Assembly: GCA_046598235.1 (NCBI GenBank)
Contig: JBKJJB010000375.1
Coordinates: forward strand, 1 to 33,231
Origin: Chitinophagales bacterium
GTDB lineage: Bacteria; Bacteroidota; Bacteroidia; Chitinophagales; LD1
Reading direction: 5' to 3'
DNA: 33,231 nt
Below the pieces are notes generated by a model. The model worked only from the letters and a program-made list of their open reading frames with translations. It had not been told where the DNA came from and searched no databases. The position numbers and the translations under genes were made by a program. Below are positions 7,048 through 16,468 of the stretch, one piece after another. Each line of letters opens with the position of its first letter. Position 1 is the first letter of the stretch.

Positions 7048-8388
7048 TTATGAAACGGCTTTCTCTAACTGGTACTCTTGAATTTTACGATAGAGGGTAG
7101 TAAGTCCAATATTGAGCAGTTTAGCGGTTTCTGTTTTATTGCCATTGGTATGGCGAAGTACCTTTAGTATGTGCTGCCTTTCTACTTCTGCTAAATCAAA
7201 TGTTGAATAAGGTGAATCGGAAGAGTCAGAATCAAAAGGAAGGCATTCGGGAGTAAGCGTTTGGTCGCATACAATCAACGTTCTTTCAATTACATTTCTC
7301 AGTTCGCGTATGTTTCCTTTCCAGCTATGCTTTCTTAAAGCATTCAGAAATTCTTTAGTTACTTCAGGAATGGGCTTGTTCATGGTTGCCGCATATATTT
7401 TAATAAAATGCAGCGCCAGCATTTCCAAATCTTCTATTCTATCTCTTAATGAAGGAAGCTTTATTTGAAATACAGATAAGCGATAGAAAAGGTCTAAACG
7501 AAAATTACCGTTTTGAGCTTCTTTTTCTAAATCACGATTGCTTGCCGCTACTATGCGCACATTTACCTTTGTTGGTTTTGAGTCGCCAACTTTGTAAAAC
7601 TCCTGAGTTTCAAGTACGCGCAGTAGTTTTGCCTGCAAATCTATATTCATCTCTCCTACTTCATCAAAGAAGATAGTGCCTCCGTTAGCTTCATCAAGCA
7701 AGCCACGCTTGTCTTTTACAGCTCCGGTAAATGCTCCTGCTTTGTGACCGAATAGTTCACTTTCTAGAATATCTCTACCAAAGCCGCTGCTATTAATTGC
7801 AATAAATGGTTTCAGTTTTCTTTTACCCGTTTCATGAATAGCTTGTGCAAATACTTCTTTGCCGGTACCTGTTTCACCCAGTAATAAAACACTGGCATCG
7901 GTTTGCGCTACTTTTGCTGCTAAGTCTTTACATTTAAGTATAGCAGGGGAAGTACCTTTAATATTATCAAAGCTGAATTTATCGGCTACTTTTTTTTCTA
8001 ATTGATGAATGCGAAATTGCAACTCCGACTTTTCGAGAGCCTTATTCAGGAGTGGAAATATCTTCTTGTTGTCTTCTCCTTTTACCAAATAATCAAAGGC
8101 TCCGTTTTTGATAGATTTTACACCATCTTCAATAGTTCCATAACCGGTAATAACTATTACCTCTGTAAAAGGGTGGCGAGCCTTAATGGTTTTCACCAAT
8201 TCAACACCATTTGCATCGGGCAGGTTTACATCGCTTATCACCAACCTTATTTCTTCTCTATCCAAAATCCTTAATCCTTTTGCACCTGTGTCTGCATCAA
8301 ACACCTGAAATCCCTCTTTAGAAACAATACGCACCAACAGCGAGCGCATATCGTTATCATCATCAATAATAAGTATGGTAGGACTCAT
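7048..8388 (-). CDS. Sigma-54-dependent response regulator (REC, AAA+ sigma-54 interaction domain, Fis-type HTH; NtrC family)
   Basis: Receiver strings ILIIDDDNDMRS and VISDVNLPDANG. Walker A GETGTGKE. ESELFGHKAGAFTGA contains the GAFTGA sigma-54 contact motif. C-terminal HTH NKTETAKLLNIGLTTLYRKI. ATG at 8388 (MSPTILII); the listed 8397 start is a TTG. Confidence 0.92.
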   Translation of the reverse strand: MSPTILIIDDDNDMRSLLVRIVSKEGFQVFDADTGAKGLRILDREEIRLVISDVNLPDANGVELVKTIKARHPFTEVIVITGYGTIEDGVKSIKNGAFDYLVKGEDNKKIFPLLNKALEKSELQFRIHQLEKKVADKFSFDNIKGTSPAILKCKDLAAKVAQTDASVLLLGETGTGKEVFAQAIHETGKRKLKPFIAINSSGFGRDILESELFGHKAGAFTGAVKDKRGLLDEANGGTIFFDEVGEMNIDLQAKLLRVLETQEFYKVGDSKPTKVNVRIVAASNRDLEKEAQNGNFRLDLFYRLSVFQIKLPSLRDRIEDLEMLALHFIKIYAATMNKPIPEVTKEFLNALRKHSWKGNIRELRNVIERTLIVCDQTLTPECLPFDSDSSDSPYSTFDLAEVERQHILKVLRHTNGNKTETAKLLNIGLTTLYRKIQEYQLEKAVS

Positions 8389-8462
8389 GAATAGCAAAGA
8401 TTATTTTTTTTAAATAATAAAGATGAGGGGATATGAACTACGCTTTGTGAATTCCAAGCTAC

Positions 8463-8942
8463 TCACAACAACTTCCCTCCTCCCTCACTTTCTGTCTCAT
8501 AAACTTCATCAATCAATAAATCTCTGGCATCAGCGGCTTCGGTGGCGAGTACATCACAGCGTTCATTATACGGATGGTCATTGTGACCTTTTATCCATTT
8601 AAATTTCACTTTATGCTTAGCATACACTTTCAAAAAGCGCATCCACAAATCTGGATTTTTTTTGTTTTTAAATCCCTTCTTCTGCCAACCGAAAACCCAC
8701 TTTTGATTCACTGCTTCCACCACATATTTTGAATCGGAATAAACCTCTACTTCAACTTGTTCACGAGTGAGCGTTTCTAATCCCACAATAACAGCGAGCA
8801 GCTCCATTCTGTTGTTAGTGGTTTTTCGAAAGCCTTGTGAAAGCTCTTTTTCCTTACTGCCGTATTTTAAGATAGCTCCGTAGCCACCGGGTCCCGGGTT
8901 GCCCCGCGAAGAGCCATCTGTGTATAGTTCAACAACTGCCAT
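8463..8942 (-). CDS. rnhA: Ribonuclease HI
   Basis: MAVVELYTDGSSRGNPGPGGYGAIL...TNNRMELLAVIVGLE...VYSDSKYVV...WIKGHNDHPYNERCDVLA carries the RNase H catalytic D/E/D/D context. I chose the internal ATG at 8942. The longer listed ORF (to 9059) would overlap the divergent gene's start. Confidence 0.9.
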   Translation of the reverse strand: MAVVELYTDGSSRGNPGPGGYGAILKYGSKEKELSQGFRKTTNNRMELLAVIVGLETLTREQVEVEVYSDSKYVVEAVNQKWVFGWQKKGFKNKKNPDLWMRFLKVYAKHKVKFKWIKGHNDHPYNERCDVLATEAADARDLLIDEVYETESEGGGKLL

Positions 8943-9010
8943 CGGGGTAAAAATAGAAGATTGGAGAAGAAGAAAAACTTCTGAGCATATTTGCGGCTCA
9001 AATTTCAGAT

Positions 9011-10210
9011 ATGCAAAAATTTCCTTCCCTGGTTCTCCATCAAAACAAAACACAAGCAATTAAGCGATTTCATCCCTGGGTGTTTTCGGGTGCCGTAAAA
9101 AGCAAAGAAGGAAATCCCGATCAGGGCGATGTGGTAGAAGTATATTCTGAAAAAGGAGAGTTTCTCGGCATAGGCCATTTCGGAACAGGAAGTGTGAGTG
9201 CGCGACTTTTTGGTTTTGAAAAAACTTCTTCGCTGAATGATTTGTGGAAGAAGCGGTTTCAACAGGCATTTGCGCTGCGAAAAAATATCGGGCTTACCGA
9301 AAGTAAAACTACCAACGCATATCGTTTAATAAATGCCGAAGGAGATGGAATGCCGGGATTGATTATTGATTGGTATAACGGTGCAGCAGTAATTCAATGT
9401 CATTCGAAAGGGATGAATGCGGAGAAAGAAAAATTTGTTGAAATTTTGAAAGAAGGATACAGTGACAGATTAAAAGCGGTGTATGATAAAAGTGCTGCTA
9501 CAATGCATCATAAAGCAGAAACCGAAACAGCCAATCCAGATTACAGCGATAGTTATTTGTATGGTAATCTTGCTGAAAAAATAATTCTCGAAAACAATCA
9601 CCGCTTTATTGTAGACTGGGAGAAGGGACAAAAAACAGGTTTCTTCCTCGACCAACGAGATAACAGAGAATTGCTTTCTAAATATGCTAGCGGCAAAAAA
9701 GTATTGAATACGTTTTGTTACTCAGGTGGATTTTCTGTTTATGCGTTGAAAGCTGGAGCTTCTCTTGTGCATTCGGTTGATAGTTCAGCTAAAGCCATTG
9801 ACTGGACAAATGAAAACGTAAAGATGAATTCTTCCGGTACAAATCATCAATCCTTCGCTTCCGATGTTTTTGACTTTATGAAAACTTCGAATGAAGAATA
9901 TGACATTATTGTTCTTGACCCGCCCGCGTTTGCAAAAGGACAATCGGCAAGGCACAATGCTATACAGGCGTACACCAGATTAAATCAAGCAGCATTCAAA
10001 AAAATTAAAAAAGGAGGAATTGTATTTACCTTCTCTTGTTCGCAAGTGGTTACTCCCGATATGTTTACCGGAGCAGTTACTTCCGCAGCTATTGAATCAG
10101 GAAGAAACATTAAAATTCTTCATCATTTAACTCAGCCCGCAGATCATCCGGTAAGCATTTTTAATCCTGAAGGACTTTATCTCAAGGGGCTGGTTCTGTA
10201 TGTAGAATAA
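9011..10210 (+). CDS. Class I SAM-dependent rRNA (cytosine-C5) methyltransferase, RlmI-like (PUA-like N-domain plus methyltransferase)
   Basis: N-terminal HPWVFSGAV...GDVVEVYSEKGEFLGIGHF (PUA-like). GFFLDQRDNR. VLNTFCYSGGFSVYA (SAM-binding loop). IIVLDPPAFAK motif. Confidence 0.85.
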   Translation: MQKFPSLVLHQNKTQAIKRFHPWVFSGAVKSKEGNPDQGDVVEVYSEKGEFLGIGHFGTGSVSARLFGFEKTSSLNDLWKKRFQQAFALRKNIGLTESKTTNAYRLINAEGDGMPGLIIDWYNGAAVIQCHSKGMNAEKEKFVEILKEGYSDRLKAVYDKSAATMHHKAETETANPDYSDSYLYGNLAEKIILENNHRFIVDWEKGQKTGFFLDQRDNRELLSKYASGKKVLNTFCYSGGFSVYALKAGASLVHSVDSSAKAIDWTNENVKMNSSGTNHQSFASDVFDFMKTSNEEYDIIVLDPPAFAKGQSARHNAIQAYTRLNQAAFKKIKKGGIVFTFSCSQVVTPDMFTGAVTSAAIESGRNIKILHHLTQPADHPVSIFNPEGLYLKGLVLYVE

Positions 10211-10368
10211 AACTGCAAACAAGTGCTAAAAACAGAGTCTTATTGCAACCTTTCTTTATGTATTCGTAACTATGTATGGTTAAGATTTTTTAACTGGCAT
10301 ACCATTTCTTTGGTATGGTTGTTTTAAGGAATTAGGATATTTTTGGCAGCGTTTTTAAAAAATAATCC

Positions 10369-11865
10369 ATGAGTAAAAAGACATTCACTACACTTCTCTT
10401 CTGCCTTATAGTTGCAAGTATTTTTGCAAGCGATAAGAAACCAATGAACATCAAGATAGCCGTAAAAGGTCTTGAGAGTTCGAACATGATTCTTGCCAAT
10501 TATTATGGCGATAAGCAGTATGTAAAAGACACCTTGGAGTTTGATAAAAAGGGAGTGCTTACTATTAAGGCTGACACCACTCTTCCCGGTGGAGTTTACT
10601 TGGCGGTGTTTCCTGCTTTAGGCAATCGCTATTTTGAGTTTATTATAAGTGAATCTGTTTTTTCGCTTGAAACAGATACAAATGACTTAACAGGTCGTTT
10701 AAAAATAGCTGGCTCAATAGAAAACTCTCTCTTTTACGGAGACATGAAATTCCTGGGCAAGATGAAACAGGTTTCTGATTCTATCAATAAGCTCTATGCC
10801 GGTGCAAAAGATGAAAAGGAAAAAGAAAAATTTTTAAACCAGTTAAGACAAATTGATAAGGATGTAAAAGCAGAACGAAATGATGTAATGACAAAAAATC
10901 CTGATTTGTTCTATGCAAAACTGATTAGAGCAATGAAAGATATAGAGGTACCAGAGCCGCCAAAAGATGCTGCCGGAAAAATCATTGATTCATCGTGGCA
11001 ATGGCGCTATTATAAATCACACTATTGGGATAATATTGATTTGAAAGACGAACGTCTTTTGCGTTGCCCGGTATTTCACAACAAAATGAAAACTTTTTTC
11101 TCTCAAACAATTGTTCAGGTTCCTGATTCTATTTCGGCAGCTACCGATGAAGTGATTTCAAAAACAGATAAGAAAAACGAAATATATCGCTACCTGCTTA
11201 CTTACATTTTTAATGAAATGGCAAATTCAAAAGTAATGGGATTTGATGCAGCGTATGTTCATATCGGAAAAAATTATTTCTGTAATGCAGATATGACTCC
11301 ATGGATTGACACTGCCAAACGTTTTAAAATCTGCGACCGCGTAAACAGACTTGAACCGGTATTGGTAGGCAAAAAAGCGCAACGCCTCATTCTGCCTGTT
11401 GATTCTACCGAAATGCAATGGAAATCACTTTATGATATAAAAGCCAAATACACAATTCTTGCATTTTGGGATCCGGATTGCGGACACTGTAAGAAGGAAC
11501 TTCCGGTGTTGGTTGAAGCGTATCATAACCTAAAAAAGAAAGGGATTGATGTAGAAGGTTTTTCTCCTGCCATTATGGAAATTGAACATTATAAAGATTG
11601 GCTTGATTTTATCAAGAACAATAATCTTGACTGGATAAATGTTTGCGATGCAAAACGCCATAGCAATTTCCGATGGGAATGGGATATACAGAGCACACCG
11701 CAGATTTATATTCTTAATAGCGAGAAAGAAATTAAAGCAAGAAGAATAGGTGCTGATCAGGTAGAAGATTACATTCTGCATTTAGAAAACCCAAGTTACA
11801 AGCCCAGAAACCTGATGAAGGTGAACGATGAAGATATACAGGAAGGAACAGAACAAATGCATTGA
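10369..11865 (+). CDS. Secreted thioredoxin-fold protein (DUF5106-like N-region plus TlpA/AhpC-like domain with a CGHC active site)
   Basis: Signal peptide MSKKTFTTLLFCLIVASIFA. Thioredoxin motif ILAFWDPDCGHCKKELP. 498-aa ORF followed by a terminator. Confidence 0.8.
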   Translation: MSKKTFTTLLFCLIVASIFASDKKPMNIKIAVKGLESSNMILANYYGDKQYVKDTLEFDKKGVLTIKADTTLPGGVYLAVFPALGNRYFEFIISESVFSLETDTNDLTGRLKIAGSIENSLFYGDMKFLGKMKQVSDSINKLYAGAKDEKEKEKFLNQLRQIDKDVKAERNDVMTKNPDLFYAKLIRAMKDIEVPEPPKDAAGKIIDSSWQWRYYKSHYWDNIDLKDERLLRCPVFHNKMKTFFSQTIVQVPDSISAATDEVISKTDKKNEIYRYLLTYIFNEMANSKVMGFDAAYVHIGKNYFCNADMTPWIDTAKRFKICDRVNRLEPVLVGKKAQRLILPVDSTEMQWKSLYDIKAKYTILAFWDPDCGHCKKELPVLVEAYHNLKKKGIDVEGFSPAIMEIEHYKDWLDFIKNNNLDWINVCDAKRHSNFRWEWDIQSTPQIYILNSEKEIKARRIGADQVEDYILHLENPSYKPRNLMKVNDEDIQEGTEQMH

Positions 11866-11890
11866 GAAGCAAACTGAATAAAGGTTTCAG

Positions 11891-11930
11891 AAAGCGGGAG
11901 TGAAACAATTCACTTCCGCTTTTATTTTTG
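11891..11930 (+). terminator. Intrinsic terminator
   Basis: AAAGCGGGAGTG (11891-11902), loop AAACAATT, CACTTCCGCTTT (11911-11922) with one G:U pair, followed by TATTTTTG. Confidence 0.7.
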
Positions 11931-12052
11931 CTAAGCACTTTAGTTACTGTCTATTTTGAAAGATGAGTCACTTTTATCAACATTTTATACGTTATAAATA
12001 AGCTTGTTAAGCATACTGATGAGCATAAATTAGCATATAGAAAATATAACCC

Positions 12053-12538
12053 ATGCTGAACATTCACCGCACCGAACCGTATCGCTTGTTTTTGATTGAA
12101 GATAGCCCTGCAGAAGTTCGTCTGATACAGGAGGCTGTAAAGGAAGCCGAACTCTCCGATATGATTGAATTTGAATACGCCTATGATGGAGAGGAAGCTT
12201 GTGAGTTGCTTGACACTGCAAAAATGATTGGAAAGAAGTATGACTTAGTGTTGTTGGATTTAAACTTGCCGAAAGTTACAGGAATTGAAGTATTAGAAAA
12301 AATAAAGACAGATCCTGATTTGGAAATGATTCCCGTTATAGTTGTAACAAACTCCGATTACAAGAAAGATATGATTGAATGCTACCGCATGAATGCTGAC
12401 GGCTATCTTCAAAAACCGGCTGACTTTAAAAAACTGGTAGATTTCTTTGTGTCTGTTAAGCGTTCTATTGAAGTAAGAAACAAACTTTCGATTTATTACA
12501 TCGAAAAAACTTACGATGAATTAGCGATGGCTAGTTGA
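12053..12538 (+). CDS. Single-domain response regulator receiver (CheY/Rcp1-like), orphan
   Basis: LFLIEDSPAEVRLIQEA, DLVLLDLNLPKVTGIEVL, IPVIVVTNS and DGYLQKP are the receiver acidic pocket, phospho-Asp, T/S and K positions. There is no output domain. Confidence 0.88.
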   Translation: MLNIHRTEPYRLFLIEDSPAEVRLIQEAVKEAELSDMIEFEYAYDGEEACELLDTAKMIGKKYDLVLLDLNLPKVTGIEVLEKIKTDPDLEMIPVIVVTNSDYKKDMIECYRMNADGYLQKPADFKKLVDFFVSVKRSIEVRNKLSIYYIEKTYDELAMAS

Positions 12539-13258
12539 TGCTTCGGCAAACAATAGGTTAATCACGTCTGTTCTAAAGTTTTCACTTCGCTTTACTTCCA
12601 CAAACTTTTTCTCTTCTGTCATCAGCCAGCATTTACTGCTATACTCTAATGATGCTTCAATATCATGGGTTGAAAGAATTACAATCTTCTTCATTTCTCT
12701 TGAAATGGCAGCAAGCAATTGAAGAATCTCCTTTTTGTTTCTGAAATCAAGAAAAGCTGTCGGTTCGTCTAAAATGATAACAGGTGTTTGCTGACATAAT
12801 GCACGGGCAATTAAAACCTTCTGTCTCTCTCCATCACTTATTTGATTAAAGAGCTTGTCCTGAAGTTTTTCCAGCTTCATAGCTGAAATCACCTTCTCCA
12901 ATTCTTTTAAATCCTCATATCTCATTTTACCAAACCAACTCGTATGTGGTGAGCGCCCCAATGCAATAACCTCTTTTACTGAAATATTATCGACAAAAAT
13001 TTTCTCTGTCAAAACAATGCTGATAAGCTTCGCTCTTTCCTGAACCGGTAAGTTTTCAAGCTGCTTCTCTCCTACATAAATGTTTCCGCTTACACTGTTT
13101 TGCAATCCAGAAATGGTTCTCAACAAAGTTGATTTACCAATTCCGTTTACACCGAGTAAGGCAACCATTTCGCCTTCGTTGGCAGAAAAAGAAATATCAC
13201 GAAAAACGATTTTATCGCTTCCGTAACCAATATTTAATTTCTCTGCCTGCAGTTTCAT
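12521..13258 (-). CDS. btuD: ABC transporter ATP-binding protein, iron-siderophore/cobalamin (FecE/BtuD-like) family
   Basis: Walker A GVNGIGKSTLL. Signature LSDGERQKV. Walker B VIILDEPTAFLD. It is the last gene of the riboswitch-led operon and directly abuts the permease gene (TAA then ATG). Confidence 0.85.
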   Translation of the reverse strand: MKLQAEKLNIGYGSDKIVFRDISFSANEGEMVALLGVNGIGKSTLLRTISGLQNSVSGNIYVGEKQLENLPVQERAKLISIVLTEKIFVDNISVKEVIALGRSPHTSWFGKMRYEDLKELEKVISAMKLEKLQDKLFNQISDGERQKVLIARALCQQTPVIILDEPTAFLDFRNKKEILQLLAAISREMKKIVILSTHDIEASLEYSSKCWLMTEEKKFVEVKRSENFRTDVINLLFAEASTSHR

Positions 13259-14275
13259 TTAGAATTTACGTTGACGAAGTATTATCCATATAACCACAGG
13301 TGCACCCAAAAGTGATGTAATAGCATTTATGGGCAAAATATTGTCAGAGCCTGGTGTAGATGCAATTACATTACACAGACCACAAATAACTGCTCCAATT
13401 ACCGCACAAGCAGGAATCAAAATTTTATGATCTGCTGTTTTAAATATAGCTCGTGAAAGATGCGGCACCGCCAATCCAACAAACCCAATTGGTCCGCAAA
13501 AAGCCGTTACACTTCCCGCTAAAATACTGGTGCATAAAACAATCAACACTTTTGCGTTGCGAATATTTAAGCCTGAACTTGCTGCATAGGTATCGCCCAG
13601 CAACAAAATGTTTAATGGTTTAGAAAGGAAAAAGGAAAATACAATTCCTATTAGCACCACCAGTGTGAGATAAAAGACCTGATTCAAATCAACATAACGG
13701 AAACTGCCGAAAGTCCAAAGCACATAATTCTTCAATGCTTCATTGCTGCTGAACGACTGCATAATTTCAATCATGGCACTAATTCCTCCACCAATCATTA
13801 AACCAATAATAAGAATAGCTACTACATCGTTCAAGCGATAAGAAACAAGAAAGTTGATAAAAAAAATAAGCACAGCACCGGCTGCTGCTGCAAGAATAAT
13901 ACTCCAACTACTCAACAAATGAATTTCGTGAATACCGAAAGCAGAAGCTGCTAAAATAAATATGGCTACACCCAAACTTGCACCGGCACTAATGCCTAGC
14001 ACATAAGGTCCTGCAATTGGGTTGCGAAACATGGTTTGCATTTGCAAACCACTTACTGATAAGCCTGCACCAGCAAGCAGAGCTGCAAGCGCAGCAGGCA
14101 AGCGCGATTCCAAAATAATGTTTCGCCATGCTTCATTGCCCATATTGTTTCCTGCCAGAATATTCAGCACTTCTGAACAAGAAATAGAAACAGAACCAAG
14201 AAGTAGTTGCAAGAAAAATACAACCACAGTCAGAATTGAGAAAGAAGAAAACAGTATAATATTTCTACTGCTCAT
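13259..14275 (-). CDS. btuC: FecCD-family ABC permease (BtuC-like)
   Basis: 338-aa polytopic hydrophobic protein with FecCD-like strings (RNPIAGPYVLGISAGASLG, LLGAPVVIWIIL). Its start overlaps the upstream stop as ATGA (14272-14275). Confidence 0.85.
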   Translation of the reverse strand: MSSRNIILFSSFSILTVVVFFLQLLLGSVSISCSEVLNILAGNNMGNEAWRNIILESRLPAALAALLAGAGLSVSGLQMQTMFRNPIAGPYVLGISAGASLGVAIFILAASAFGIHEIHLLSSWSIILAAAAGAVLIFFINFLVSYRLNDVVAILIIGLMIGGGISAMIEIMQSFSSNEALKNYVLWTFGSFRYVDLNQVFYLTLVVLIGIVFSFFLSKPLNILLLGDTYAASSGLNIRNAKVLIVLCTSILAGSVTAFCGPIGFVGLAVPHLSRAIFKTADHKILIPACAVIGAVICGLCNVIASTPGSDNILPINAITSLLGAPVVIWIILRQRKF

Positions 14276-15438
14276 TTTAGTTTTCGGTAGTAATACAGCT
14301 CATGATTAGGCAATAGTTCGGGATGGAAAATAAAAATCAAATCAGCCAACACCACATCGGGATTCAATGCACCGGTTTCCCAAAAATCAAAACCTCCGCT
14401 TGGTGTGTTACGTTTATCGTTATTGAAAATACTTGCAGTTTTGTAGGCATTAAAAAAAGTGTTCTTCTTATCTGCCGCTTTTATTTCGGTGAGCGAACGG
14501 GCAAAACCATTGCACAACCAAATATCAGCATCAGCCGCTTTGGCATATACGGCTTCATAATCTAAATTCAGATTTAAACCATTGGTCGCCTTTGCATCCT
14601 TCCACAAAAAATCGCCACCGGCATCGGCAATTAACTTTGCCATATAGTTTTCGCCACAGGGCATATACCATATCTCTTTAAAAGGAAGGTTGGAAAACAC
14701 CGTTGGCTTGCTTAAAACGCCTTTTAATTTATCCTTTAGCGACAAATAGTTTTTCTCTACATCCTGAAAAATGCTATCCGCTTCAAATTCCTTATCATAA
14801 AAAGCAGCAGTAAATTTTATCCATTCAGCACGCGCCAAAGGTTCTTGCTCCATATAGTCCAAGTTCAAAACTGACTTAATATGAAGCGAGTTCAACTTCT
14901 TTTTCATTTTATCGCCACCATCCCAATCGCCCGATGTAAAAACAAAAGATGGATTTAACTCCACCATCTTTTCATAATTCAATTCATTGCTTCCTACATT
15001 AGCAATTTGATTCTGTTTCACTTTAGCTACTACATCCGTATCATAAATCAAATCTACATTCGCTACTCCACAAATTGAATCAACCAAACCCAAACGAGTA
15101 AGAGTAGCAATGTGATTAGTAGAAATACAAATTATTTTCCTGATCGGTGTATCAAGCAAAAGCGCATCGACAAAATCAACCGGTGCAGGCTTACCTTTCT
15201 GTACTAAAATGTATTGCGCAAATACTTTTGAACTATCTCTCCAATCCTTTACAGTTATAACTTTAAAGCTGTTGTAGTAATCAACCGAAAACCCTTTGGC
15301 ATATTTTATCAGCAGCGAAGTATCTTTAATGCAATGAGTGGTGTGTTGCTCTTTAGTCTGGGTTTTGCTTCTGCATGACCATTGACCAATGACCAATGAC
15401 AATAAAAGGCAAACTACCGCCAAATGTTTCCTAATCAT
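14272..15438 (-). CDS. btuF: Periplasmic-binding-protein type 2 substrate-binding lipoprotein (BtuF-like)
   Basis: The internal ATG at 15438 gives a lipoprotein signal, MIRKHLAVVCLLLSLVIGQWSC. The body resembles Peripla_BP_2 (RKIICISTNHIATLTRLGL..., PSFVFTSGDW). The listed 15546 start would overlap the upstream gene by >100 nt. With 15438 the overlap is 8 nt. Confidence 0.8.
   Translation of the reverse strand: MIRKHLAVVCLLLSLVIGQWSCRSKTQTKEQHTTHCIKDTSLLIKYAKGFSVDYYNSFKVITVKDWRDSSKVFAQYILVQKGKPAPVDFVDALLLDTPIRKIICISTNHIATLTRLGLVDSICGVANVDLIYDTDVVAKVKQNQIANVGSNELNYEKMVELNPSFVFTSGDWDGGDKMKKKLNSLHIKSVLNLDYMEQEPLARAEWIKFTAAFYDKEFEADSIFQDVEKNYLSLKDKLKGVLSKPTVFSNLPFKEIWYMPCGENYMAKLIADAGGDFLWKDAKATNGLNLNLDYEAVYAKAADADIWLCNGFARSLTEIKAADKKNTFFNAYKTASIFNNDKRNTPSGGFDFWETGALNPDVVLADLIFIFHPELLPNHELYYYRKLK
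15375..15402. repeat. Imperfect heptanucleotide tandem array (4 units) inside the BtuF-like signal-peptide coding region
   Basis: Plus strand: ATGACCA TTGACCA ATGACCA ATGACAA. The coding strand reads TTGTCATTGGTCATTGGTCAATGGTCAT and encodes LSLVIGQWS. Confidence 0.85.
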
Positions 15439-16468
15439 GATTAAAAGCAAAGTTGCCAGAAATAATTCCGGCTGTGAAAGAATGAAGTAATATTCCGTTT
15501 TTGTTGTAACGGTAAATACGCGATTGCTGAACAAAGTCAAGTGCATCGCTTACATAAACATCACCGGTTATTTGATCAACACCTGTAGCATAAATACTTG
15601 ATGCAGTTGAGCGTATATAAGGCCAACCAGGAAATTGAAAATTATCTACACCATAAACGTCTTTTCCTAAAACATACCACACCATTCCGCGTGTTGCGTC
15701 TATTTGTAACCTAGAAGGATGGTCAACAATCTGGTTAAATGAATAATTGAAAAGCAGATTAAAATTTCTATCAAAAACTTTAATAGCAGCTGTGGTTGCG
15801 GAGGCACTATCTGAACTAGTTAAAATCCAAACATATTTGTTGGAATCAACTGCAATACCTTCTGCATCTCCGGCAAATTCTTTCTTATCAATATAGGTAT
15901 TATCGCTTATCCTGATTCTATACAAAGCACCCTTAGCAGAAGGATTTGAATAGATTTTCTTCCCTTCAACAAAAACATATTCACCTGCTTGAACTAAATG
16001 TTCTGTATACTGAGGTATAGAAATTTCAGTTTTCAAATTACCTGTTAAATAATTGACAACATAAATTTTGTTAGAATAAAGTTCAGTAACATAAGCAATA
16101 CTATCACTAACAGGGAGAATGTATCTTGGCGAAGAGCCGTTAATCGTTATCGTTCTTATCCTTTGAAACGATGGAAGTTTAACCACTTCTATTTTTGCAG
16201 AATTATTAATCACCACAAAAGCAATAGAATCCTTAATGAACATGCTTTGCGCTACATCGCCCAACGAATAACCATTTGCAGATTGAAACAAATTATTCGT
16301 TACTGCATTTGTATTCGGGTCATAAAAAGAAACTTCGCCATTGCCGAAATTGAAATTGCCTTCATTGATAATGTAGACACCTTTACCCGTAGGCAAATCG
16401 GGAGTTTTGTCTTTATGGCAAGAAGAAATGAAAGCGATAAGAATTAAGAGTAAGTAATTTCCTTTCAT
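15431..16468 (-). CDS. Surface lipoprotein, YncE/DUF5074-like beta-propeller (BtuG-like candidate by context)
   Basis: Lipoprotein signal MKGNYLLLILIAFISSC. GVYIINEGNFNFGNGEVSFYDPNTN and repeated blade-like segments (IYVVNYLTGNL, VWILTS, VWYVLG, VYVSDA). It sits directly downstream of the TonB-dependent receptor with a 1-nt overlap. Confidence 0.7.
   Translation of the reverse strand: MKGNYLLLILIAFISSCHKDKTPDLPTGKGVYIINEGNFNFGNGEVSFYDPNTNAVTNNLFQSANGYSLGDVAQSMFIKDSIAFVVINNSAKIEVVKLPSFQRIRTITINGSSPRYILPVSDSIAYVTELYSNKIYVVNYLTGNLKTEISIPQYTEHLVQAGEYVFVEGKKIYSNPSAKGALYRIRISDNTYIDKKEFAGDAEGIAVDSNKYVWILTSSDSASATTAAIKVFDRNFNLLFNYSFNQIVDHPSRLQIDATRGMVWYVLGKDVYGVDNFQFPGWPYIRSTASSIYATGVDQITGDVYVSDALDFVQQSRIYRYNKNGILLHSFTAGIISGNFAFNHD

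Noticed and set aside
8943-9262. Longer rnhA start (9059) and the minus-strand ORFs 9005..9262 and 9060..9269
   Set aside because: RNase HI homologs begin at the MAVVELYTDGS-type sequence. The extension and the other ORFs overlap the well-supported RlmI-like gene on the opposite strand.
10297-10335. Possible terminator after the RlmI-like gene (CATACC-ATTTCTTT-GGTATG followed by GTTGTTTT)
   Set aside because: The stem is only 6 bp, which is marginal. It is not reported as a feature.
12521-12538. 18-bp convergent 3' overlap of the orphan receiver gene and the btuD-like gene, as a possible antisense regulatory arrangement
   Set aside because: Short convergent overlaps are common and may reflect slightly mis-set stops or ends. 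No hairpin or other signal supports a specific mechanism.
15439-15546. Longer start of the BtuF-like ORF
   Set aside because: It would overlap the upstream beta-propeller gene by >100 nt. The internal ATG at 15438 yields a canonical lipoprotein signal peptide and an 8-nt coupled overlap.
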